From a bacterium (lineage in GTDB: Bacteria > Zhuqueibacterota > Zhuqueibacteria > Oceanimicrobiales > Oceanimicrobiaceae): DNA of 18,727 nucleotides. How positions within the stretch are numbered: position 1 is the first letter of the stretch; each line of letters starts with the position of its first letter. The notes under the pieces were generated by a model. That model was not told the DNA's origin, searched no databases, and saw only the letters and a list, made by a program, of their open reading frames with translations. The DNA is taken from positions 1-18,727 of the forward strand of contig JBHHXN010000101.1 of the NCBI GenBank assembly GCA_046757025.1, in the 5' to 3' direction. A program made the translations under genes and the position numbers. Positions 1 through 7,292 of this stretch are shown here, piece by piece.

Positions 1-149
1 CATTTAGCCATTTTCTTGTAAAAAAATGCAAAAGTTCAGAAGTAATACTATAAATATCTAAACTGGAGTCATTTTGAAATCAGTTGTAAACAGGCATCAG
101 TAACGTGCGCAATTATCAATAAAAACTGTTAAGCGATTATCGCGGCTGT

Positions 150-473
150 GGTGCACAGAGGACAAAAAGCCCTCCCTTGAGGGAGGATTTAGGAGGGTGT
201 CCGGCTCCAACGGACGGATAACAAAGTAACGACATTTTACACAAAAAGTGATTTAAAAAATAATTCCTTTTTTGCCACTTCTAAAAGACTAAATTAAAAA
301 ACTTTAAACACCAGATAGGTGCACAGACTCCCCCTTAATCCCCCTCAAGGGGGAAAAAACCAGTCACCCCCTCGCGGGAGCAGCAAGTCTCCCCTCGAGG
401 GAGATTTAGAGGGGTGTCCGGCCAGGACTTGATGAAAACAAAACAACGAAAGTTCTAAACAAGATATTTTAAA
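150..473. repeat. Cluster of REP-like GC-rich palindromic repeats arranged as a degenerate tandem duplication
   Basis: Direct copies AAGCCCTCCCTTGAGGGAGGATTTAGGAGGGTGTCCGGC (167-205) and AAGTCTCCCCTCGAGGGAGATTTAGAGGGGTGTCCGGC (385-422); inverted copy GACTCCCCCTTAATCCCCCTCAAGGGGGA (326-354); GGTGCACAGA at 150-159 and 318-327; similar A-rich tails after both direct copies. Confidence 0.8.
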
Positions 474-624
474 TGTATGAATTTCTAAAATGGGAATCGT
501 TGTAAAATCATTTACGAACCTTCATCAACATGCTCAATTATCCTTAAAAAAGTCAGAGACCATCTCTGAAAAATCCAAAACAAAGAAACGAATGGAATAG
601 AACTAACTAAACAGGGGAATCACC

Positions 625-1770
625 ATGATTGACTTTAGCCTTTCAGACGAACAAAAACAATTAAAAGATCTCGCACAGGAATTTACCCAAAAAGAAATTG
701 CTCCCGTGGCGGCCGAATACGACAAAAAAGCCGAATTTCCCATGGAGATTTACCAGAAGGCCTGGGAGCTGGGATTGATGAACGTGCAAATTCCGGAGAA
801 ATTCGGAGGCCCTGGACTCGGGGTTTTGGATGACTGCATTATTGGCGAGGAATTTAGCGTGGGATGCAGCGGCATCAGCACCTCCATGATGTCCAACATG
901 TTGGCCGAAGGACCGCTACTGGTGGCCGGTACCGATGAGCAAAACAAAACGTACCTGGGGCAGATGACCGAAGAACTGGCGTTTTCCGCGTACGCGGTGA
1001 CCGAGCCCGACGCCGGTTCCGATGTGGCGGGAATCAAGACCAACGCTAAAAAAGTCGGCGATGATTACGTTCTCAACGGACAAAAAATGTGGATCACCAA
1101 CGCGGCGCAGGCGAGCTGGTTTTTTGTCCTGGCTTACACCGACCCTGCAGCGGGTTACAAAGGCATGACCGCTTTTATCGTTCCCGCCGATGCCGAAGGC
1201 GTGAAAGTGGGTAAGCATGAAGAAAAATTGGGACAGCGCGCTTCGGATACCCGCGGGGTGAGTTTTGAGGAGGTGAAAATATCGTCTGACAATCGTCTCG
1301 GCAACGACGGCGACGGCTGGAAAATCGCCATGTTGGCATTTGACCATTCCCGGCCGGTGGTGGCGGCTGCAGCCGTGGGATTGGCGCGCGGCGCTATGCA
1401 GCACGCTATTGACTATGCCTCTGAAAGAAAAACGTTTGGCGTACCCATCGCCCGGCATCAGGGTGTCAGTTTTATGATCGCGGACATGGCAATGAACATT
1501 GAAGCCGCGAGGCTGCTGGTGTGGAAATCGGCCTGGAAAACCGATCACGGTGAAAGGAACACGCTGGAAGCGGCGTATGCCAAAGCCTTTGCCGCGGATA
1601 TGGCCATGAAAACCGCCACCGACGCGGTGCAGGTCTTTGGCGGCTACGGATATTCTGCCGAATATCCTGTAGAAAAACTCATGCGCGATGCGAAAATATT
1701 TCAAATTTACGAAGGCACCAGCCAGATTCAACGGGTGATCATTGCCAGGGAGCTTTTCAGCAAAAAATAG
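625..1770 (+). CDS. Acyl-CoA dehydrogenase (medium-chain/MCAD-like)
   Basis: 381 aa; motifs AYAVTEPDAGSD, LNGQKMWITN, GQRASDT, FGGYGYSAEYPVEKLMRDAK, IYEGTSQIQR (catalytic Glu); AGGGG RBS upstream. Confidence 0.96.
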   Translation: MIDFSLSDEQKQLKDLAQEFTQKEIAPVAAEYDKKAEFPMEIYQKAWELGLMNVQIPEKFGGPGLGVLDDCIIGEEFSVGCSGISTSMMSNMLAEGPLLVAGTDEQNKTYLGQMTEELAFSAYAVTEPDAGSDVAGIKTNAKKVGDDYVLNGQKMWITNAAQASWFFVLAYTDPAAGYKGMTAFIVPADAEGVKVGKHEEKLGQRASDTRGVSFEEVKISSDNRLGNDGDGWKIAMLAFDHSRPVVAAAAVGLARGAMQHAIDYASERKTFGVPIARHQGVSFMIADMAMNIEAARLLVWKSAWKTDHGERNTLEAAYAKAFAADMAMKTATDAVQVFGGYGYSAEYPVEKLMRDAKIFQIYEGTSQIQRVIIARELFSKK

Positions 1771-1810
1771 TTAGAATGGGACAGAACAGAATATATGAAA
1801 ATAATAATTG

Positions 1811-2778
1811 TTAGCCGGTACAAAAGAGTATGGATGTATGCGATAATATAAAAAATCTATCAGTCGAAGATTATAAGATCGCTTTTGAAAAGATAAAGGA
1901 ATTGGCCTCAGAAAATGACCTCAAAATGCTGAAAGCCCACTATGAGGCCCCTAATTACACTGTCACAGCACAACGCCTCGCAAAATATATGAACTTTGCA
2001 AACTATAATGCTGCAAATTTAAGATATGGTAGTTTAGCAAGACACTTATGCGATTATTATGACATCAAACCGACTGAAAATCTTGCGATATTGGTATATT
2101 TTGAAAAGATAAATAATGAATGGCACTGGACGCTTAGAGAGAATGTTGTTAAAGCTATAAGAGAATTGAACTGGTTTGATAATCGGAGGATTTCTAACGC
2201 AATCAGTGAAATTGAAGATTTCAAGATAGAACAAAAGGCCTTAGAAAATACCACAAAAGAATCGTTAATTCAAAGTCGACTTGGACAAGGCCTATTTCGT
2301 TCGAATCTCATCAAATATTGGGAAGGATGTTCAGTTACTGGCGGTCAATTTTTTGATATACTAAAAGCATCGCATATTAAACCGTGGCGATATTCTACTA
2401 ACGAGGAACGTCTAAATCATTTCAATGGATTGCTTCTTATTCCTAACTTGGATGCCTTGTTTGACATCGGATTGATTAGTTTTGATAATAGCGGTAAGAT
2501 TTTGATATCTCCACTGATTGATAAGGAGTATTGGAGCTTATTAAATATATCGGATACGATGCAGTTAAGAAAGCTCGATGAGCGACATATTGGTTTTCTT
2601 GAATTTCACCGAGAAAATGTGTTTCGAATTAGTTAGTAATACCATAGGCTTGGAGGCTAACATCGTTTCCAACCGACAGCAGGGCGGTGTTTTTTTGGGT
2701 TGGTTCAGTGCCTTTTCGAAAGTTCATTTCTGTTAGTAAGTTATGTGCCCTGAAATCCCGCTGCGGCTGAAACTCGCG
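1811..2778 (+). mobile_element. Solitary integron gene cassette (HNH gene plus attC), 968 bp between G/TT crossover points
   Basis: Left core site G/TTAGCC (1810-1816) is the exact reverse complement of the attC R'' box GGCTAAC (2655-2661); right crossover G/TT at 2778/2779; single ORF starting 19 nt after the left crossover; visibly AT-richer than the flanking catabolic genes. Confidence 0.82.
1830..2636 (+). CDS. HNH endonuclease (HNH_2 type, putative restriction/anti-phage nuclease) with an N-terminal putative DNA-binding domain
   Basis: 268 aa; C-terminal RLGQGLFRSNL...CSVTG...ASHIKPW...ERLNHFNGLLLIPNLDALFDIGLISF...LEFHRENVF. Confidence 0.88.
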   Translation: MDVCDNIKNLSVEDYKIAFEKIKELASENDLKMLKAHYEAPNYTVTAQRLAKYMNFANYNAANLRYGSLARHLCDYYDIKPTENLAILVYFEKINNEWHWTLRENVVKAIRELNWFDNRRISNAISEIEDFKIEQKALENTTKESLIQSRLGQGLFRSNLIKYWEGCSVTGGQFFDILKASHIKPWRYSTNEERLNHFNGLLLIPNLDALFDIGLISFDNSGKILISPLIDKEYWSLLNISDTMQLRKLDERHIGFLEFHRENVFRIS

Positions 2779-2784
2779 TTGGTA
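2655..2784 (+). other. attC: Integron attC recombination site (130 bp)
   Basis: R'' GGCTAAC 2655-2661; left arm GTTTC-C-AACCG-A-CAGC-A-GGG (2665-2684) pairs with right arm CCCGCTGCGGCTGAAAC (2757-2773) leaving three unpaired bases; asymmetric spacer ATC/TCGC; R' GTTGGTA 2778-2784. Confidence 0.85.
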
Positions 2785-2847
2785 AGAAAAAGGTTAAAAA
2801 AATCAACGTAACACGCGTCTATTTTAAATTTTTCTGATTAAAGAACT

Positions 2848-3303
2848 ATGCAATCAAATGCCAAAACAGTAGTAGAATATATAGAAGAGGTTCCGGAGGA
2901 GAGAAGAGAATATTTCAATAAACTTCGTGAAACTATATTAGCCAATTTACCGGCAGGTTTTCAGGAAGAAATGAGCTATGGCATGATTGGTTATGTCGTT
3001 CCCTTCAGCCGGTATCCGGATGGCTATCATTGTTCGCCCGAATTGCCGTTGCCGTTTGTAAACATCGCTTCTCAGAAAAATTTCATCGCTTTATATCACA
3101 TGGGACTTTACGCCAATCCCAAAGTACTCGATTGGTTTGTGCATGAATATCCCAAACACTGTAAAACAAAATTGGATATGGGAAAAAGCTGTATACGCTT
3201 TAAGAAACCCGAACAGATTCCTTTGGAGTTAATCGGGCAATTGATGCAAAAAATATCTGTGGATGATTGGATCGATATTTATGAGAAAAACGTAAAAAGG
3301 TGA
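2848..3303 (+). CDS. DUF1801 (YdhG-like) domain protein
   Basis: 151 aa; TVVEYIEEVP, EEMSYGMIGYVVP, GYHC, ASQKNFIALYHMG, DMGKSCIRFKK. Confidence 0.88.
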   Translation: MQSNAKTVVEYIEEVPEERREYFNKLRETILANLPAGFQEEMSYGMIGYVVPFSRYPDGYHCSPELPLPFVNIASQKNFIALYHMGLYANPKVLDWFVHEYPKHCKTKLDMGKSCIRFKKPEQIPLELIGQLMQKISVDDWIDIYEKNVKR

Positions 3304-3911
3304 TTGTTAAAATGAAGAGCAGCCGTTCAGTTGATGAATATATGGAAAAGCAGCCTGCGTGGGAACGTGAGCTCAAAATACTTCGTGAGATCATCCGGTC
3401 TGCCAATCTCGACGAAACCGTAAAGTGGGGAGGTCCTGTTTATACCCTGAACGGTAATAATTTAGTCGGATTGGGCGCATTTAAATCATACGTGAGCCTC
3501 TGGTTTTTTCAGGGCGCATTATTGAAAGACGATAAAAATAAATTGATAAACGCCCAGGAAAACAAAACCAAAGCGCTGCGCCAGTGGCGATTTAGTTCTC
3601 ATAATGAGATCAGGGAAGATGCTGACGTCATCAAACAATACCTGGCAGAAGCCATGGCCAACGAGAATCAAGGTAATTCCATTAAACCAGACCGGCAGAA
3701 ACCGTTGATCATTCCTCCCGAGCTGGAAGCGTTCTTGTCTGATAACGCAAAGCTGAAAGAAAGTTTTACCGCTTTTTCAAAGTCAAAACAGCGCGAATAT
3801 GCGGAATATATTGACGAGGCCAAAAGAGAAGAAACTAAACAAAAACGCCTGCAAAAAATTGCATCCATGATTCTACAAGGAATCGGCTTGCATGACAGAT
3901 ACAGAAAATGA
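3300..3911 (+). CDS. YdeI/OmpD-associated family protein (DUF1801 plus OmdA domain)
   Basis: 203 aa; ETVKWGGPVY, LWFFQGALLKD, KALRQWRF, C-terminal SKSKQREYAEYIDEAKREETKQKRL; GTGA overlap with the upstream stop (alternative ATG at 3312). Confidence 0.88.
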   Translation: MIVKMKSSRSVDEYMEKQPAWERELKILREIIRSANLDETVKWGGPVYTLNGNNLVGLGAFKSYVSLWFFQGALLKDDKNKLINAQENKTKALRQWRFSSHNEIREDADVIKQYLAEAMANENQGNSIKPDRQKPLIIPPELEAFLSDNAKLKESFTAFSKSKQREYAEYIDEAKREETKQKRLQKIASMILQGIGLHDRYRK

Positions 3912-4342
3912 ATGGTGAAATCATGTCAAAATTGACTCCTTATCTGATGTTTGACGGGGATTGTGAAGAGGCCATCAATTTCTATCAGGCCTGCTTTGAC
4001 GGTGAAATAGGCCAATTTAGCCGATATGGCGACTCTTCAATGGACGTTTCAGCCGAGCAAAAAGATAAAATCATGCATGTACCATTCTACTTTTGGGCTG
4101 GCATGATCATGGCTTCGGACAAGATGAAAAACGCTTCTGAGATATCTGAACAACCTCGTTCCAATATTCACTTAAATTTAACTTTTGATGATCCAGATAA
4201 AATGATGAATACGTTCAATAAACTAAAAGAGGGCGGCCAGGTGACTATGAAACTTGAAGTGCAATTTTGGGGAGATTTTTTTGGAATGCTCACCGATAAA
4301 TTTAGCATCCAGTGGATGTTTAATTGTCCGAAAAAGAAATAG
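3908..4342 (+). CDS. VOC family, PhnB-like protein
   Basis: LTPYLMFDGDCEEAINFY, KIMH, IMASD, LKEGGQV, QFWGDFFGMLTDKFSIQWM; ATGA overlap with the upstream stop; true start may be ATG 3923. Confidence 0.9.
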   Translation: MNGEIMSKLTPYLMFDGDCEEAINFYQACFDGEIGQFSRYGDSSMDVSAEQKDKIMHVPFYFWAGMIMASDKMKNASEISEQPRSNIHLNLTFDDPDKMMNTFNKLKEGGQVTMKLEVQFWGDFFGMLTDKFSIQWMFNCPKKK

Positions 4343-4386
4343 CCGCCTGACGAATATCAATAGAATACTATACACAAAAACGTATC

Positions 4387-4860
4387 ATGGCTCGAAAACT
4401 CATTACGCTCAATGTCAATGGGGCTGATTATCAGACAGCGGTACGAGAATACGACGTCTTGCTCGACGTCATCCGAGAAAATCTCAATTTAACGGGAACT
4501 AAACGTGGCTGCGATATGGGAACCTGCGGCTGCTGCACTGTGATCATCGATGGCCGCGCCCGGTTGTCGTGCCTGACTCTGGCTCTGGAATGTGTGGGGA
4601 AAAAAATCATCACCATCGAGGGTTTGAAATCAGCGTTAATTCACCCGCTGCAGCAAGCCTTTGCCGAATCCGGCGGCTCGCAGTGCGGCTTCTGTACGCC
4701 AGGATTCATCATGACCGCCAAAGCCTTTCTGGATGAAAATCCTAATCCCTCCAGGCCAGAAATCGAAGAAGCGATTTCAGGAAATATGTGCCGCTGTACC
4801 GGTTATATCAAAATTATCGACGCAATCCATACTACCGCTCAAAATCTCACGAAGAAATGA
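4387..4860 (+). CDS. hcrC: 2x[2Fe-2S] small subunit of a xanthine oxidase-family enzyme (4-hydroxybenzoyl-CoA reductase gamma-like)
   Basis: GTKRGCDMGTCGCCTV...SCL, QCGFCTPG, GNMCRCTGY; hcrC label rests on context with the hcrA- and hcrB-like genes. Confidence 0.85.
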   Translation: MARKLITLNVNGADYQTAVREYDVLLDVIRENLNLTGTKRGCDMGTCGCCTVIIDGRARLSCLTLALECVGKKIITIEGLKSALIHPLQQAFAESGGSQCGFCTPGFIMTAKAFLDENPNPSRPEIEEAISGNMCRCTGYIKIIDAIHTTAQNLTKK

Positions 4861-4881
4861 GTATTAAAACAATCTTGAAGG

Positions 4882-7254
4882 ATGAAAATGCTCACCGAAA
4901 ATAAGCAATCCAGTGTCGTCGGAAAACCGGTCCCCCTGGTCGATGCCTTTAAAAAAACGACAGGTGAGGGCATTTACACCGATGACATTAAACTGCCCGG
5001 TATGCTGATCGGCAAAATCTTACGCAGCCCTTATCCGCACGCGCGCATCAAAAGAATCGATACCTCAAAAGCCGCAGCCCTGCCGGGCGTGCAGGTAGTG
5101 CTTACCGGTGACGAGCCGGGCGCGCAAAACCGTTTCGGGGTTTTGCCCATTTCGCAAGATGAAATCAGCTTACCCAAGCCCGGCGCTCCCGGACGGCAAG
5201 GTAAGGTTTTGTACGTCGGTGATTGCGTGGCCGCGGTCGCCGCAAATGACGAAGAAACCGCACTGCAGGCTTTACAGCTTCTCGAAATTGAGTGGCAAGA
5301 GCTCAAGCCGCTATTACGAGTTGAAGAAGGTTTGAAAAAAACCGATGAATCCATTCAGGACAAAACGGTTGATGGCACCAACATTCAAAAAACCGTAGAA
5401 CAAAACTTTGGAGATGTTTCGGCTGCCATAAAAAATGCCAAATATGTGCAAACCAGCTCTTTTGAGTTTGTGGGCTTAAATCACGCTTTCACTGAGCCCA
5501 TGGCCACCATCGCGTTTTATGATGCAGATGATCGTCTCACAATCTGGTCGGCGCAGCAGGTGCCGCACTATTTGCATCGCGCGCTGGCGCAGGTGCTGGA
5601 AATGCCCATGCACAAGATTCGGGTGATTCGACCCATGGTAGGCGGTGGGTTTGGCGGCAAAAGCGATCCCTTTCCACACGAAATGATCGCGGCGCTGCTT
5701 TCCAGAAAATGCCGGCGTCCGGTTAAAATCTTGTTTGACCGGGAAGAGGTCTTTCTGAACAACCACGGCCGGCATCCCACCAAAACCCATCTCACCGTGG
5801 CAGCGGATGAAAAGGGCAGATTGACGGCTTTGGATCTGGACGCTACCATCGACGGCGGCGCCTGGGGCAGCTTCGGAGTGGTCACGACCTACTACAACGG
5901 CGTGCTTTCCATGGGCCCTTATCAAATTCCAAACTTTCATTATTCCGGAAGAAGGGTTTACACCAACAAAGCGCCCTGTGGCGCCATGCGCGGTCACGGC
6001 GCGGTAAACTCCCGCTACGCATTCGAAGTGGTTATGGATATGTTGGCTGAAAAAGCCCAACAGGACCCCTGCGATTTTCGTTTGCAAAACCTCTTACCCT
6101 CGAATACAGAAACGGTCAACGGATTTCGCATCACCAGCAACGGCACGCGGGAATGCATCGAAAGAGCGCGGGAACGGTCGGAGTGGGACAGTAAACACGG
6201 CAAAATGGCTTACGGGCAGGGCATCGGCGTCGCTTGCGGCTTCTACATCAGCGGCAGTGCACACCGAATTCATTTCAACGAATTACCGCACTCCACCGTG
6301 CACCTCAAAGTCGATATGGATGGCGGCATCACTGTACACTGTCTAGCGGCTGAGATCGGTCAGGGCAGCGATACCATGCTGGCGCAATGTGTGGCCGAAC
6401 CGCTTGGAGTCAAGCTCGACCGTATTCGAGTATTTTCTTCAGACTCGGATACCGATCCCGTGGATTTGGGGTCTTATTCCAGCCGGGTAACGTTTATGGC
6501 AGGCAATGCCGCCGTTCAGGCTGCAGAAAAGATCCAAAACAAATTGATTCGGGCTGCAGCAAAAGTGACTGGATATGCAGAAAAGGGATTCATTTTGCGG
6601 GACGAAAAAGTTATCTATGCCCCGAATCCCCGCATCGCGTTATCTTTTGACGAAGCATTGAATGAAGCGCTGGCTGGAAATGGCGCGCTGATTGCCAAAG
6701 GCATTTACCAATCGCCGCCGCCAATCGGCAAAAGGGGCGAGTTCAAGGGTTGGCGCGCGGGTTTGTCGCCAACCTACAGTTTTCAGGCCTACGTTGCGCA
6801 GGTGCATGTGGACCCAGAAACTTTTGAGGTGCGCGTGGAAAAAGTCTGGGCGGCGCATGATTGCGGCAAAGCTCTAAATCCATTGGCAGTCGAAGGGCAA
6901 ATCGAAGGCTGCATCCACATGGGGTTGGGTCAAGTTTTGTGTGAAGAGATGCCGTACATGAAAGGCAACATTTCAGGACCGAATTTCCTGGACTATCGCA
7001 CCATCACGCCCATGCAAATGCCAGAGGTGGATGTGATCATCGTTGAATCGAATGACCCGGAAGGGCCGTTTGGAGCGAAGGAAGCCGGAGAAGGACCGCT
7101 GCTGCCCATTCTGCCGGCGGTGGCCAACGCCATCTACGACGCCATCGGTGTGCGCATGCACTCTTTGCCCATCACCTCCGATAAAATCTGGCGAGAAGTG
7201 GAACGACATAAATCCCGAAAAAAAACGGCTGCTAAAACCATCGTTTATAAATGA
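4882..7254 (+). CDS. hcrA: Molybdopterin-binding large subunit, 4-hydroxybenzoyl-CoA reductase alpha-like
   Basis: 790 aa; FGVLPI, QVPHYLH, GGGFGGK, PCGAMRGHG, AEIGQGSDT, GSYSSRVTFMAGNA, GKALNPLAVEGQ, GPFGAKEAGEG, matching the Thauera HcrA motifs as recalled. Confidence 0.8.
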   Translation: MKMLTENKQSSVVGKPVPLVDAFKKTTGEGIYTDDIKLPGMLIGKILRSPYPHARIKRIDTSKAAALPGVQVVLTGDEPGAQNRFGVLPISQDEISLPKPGAPGRQGKVLYVGDCVAAVAANDEETALQALQLLEIEWQELKPLLRVEEGLKKTDESIQDKTVDGTNIQKTVEQNFGDVSAAIKNAKYVQTSSFEFVGLNHAFTEPMATIAFYDADDRLTIWSAQQVPHYLHRALAQVLEMPMHKIRVIRPMVGGGFGGKSDPFPHEMIAALLSRKCRRPVKILFDREEVFLNNHGRHPTKTHLTVAADEKGRLTALDLDATIDGGAWGSFGVVTTYYNGVLSMGPYQIPNFHYSGRRVYTNKAPCGAMRGHGAVNSRYAFEVVMDMLAEKAQQDPCDFRLQNLLPSNTETVNGFRITSNGTRECIERARERSEWDSKHGKMAYGQGIGVACGFYISGSAHRIHFNELPHSTVHLKVDMDGGITVHCLAAEIGQGSDTMLAQCVAEPLGVKLDRIRVFSSDSDTDPVDLGSYSSRVTFMAGNAAVQAAEKIQNKLIRAAAKVTGYAEKGFILRDEKVIYAPNPRIALSFDEALNEALAGNGALIAKGIYQSPPPIGKRGEFKGWRAGLSPTYSFQAYVAQVHVDPETFEVRVEKVWAAHDCGKALNPLAVEGQIEGCIHMGLGQVLCEEMPYMKGNISGPNFLDYRTITPMQMPEVDVIIVESNDPEGPFGAKEAGEGPLLPILPAVANAIYDAIGVRMHSLPITSDKIWREVERHKSRKKTAAKTIVYK

Positions 7255-7292
7255 GATCAAACCTTTCATCAACAAAAAATCAGGAGGGCATT

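Noticed and set aside
1..11. Possible start of a divergent minus-strand gene (ATGGCTAAATG)
   Set aside because: Only 11 nt are visible and there is no clear RBS; cannot be supported
150..473. CRISPR array or rho-independent terminator
   Set aside because: Repeats are few, degenerate, in mixed orientation and irregularly spaced; no cas genes; better explained as REP-like elements
916..1731. 271-aa minus-strand ORF and the other antisense/alternate-frame ORFs (e.g. 5476-6087, 10756-11265, 14318-14962, 15056-15613)
   Set aside because: Shadows of well-supported + strand genes with no recognisable motifs
2779..4360. Second integron cassette containing the DUF1801/YdeI/VOC genes
   Set aside because: No attC hairpin or R'' box complementary to GTTGGTA after these genes; GCCTGAC near 4346 has no paired arm
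7251..7292. ATG 7251 as the start of the DUF1028 gene
   Set aside because: GTG 7293 has a strong AGGAGG RBS and gives a typical signal-peptide N-terminus, although the ATGA overlap start cannot be fully excluded
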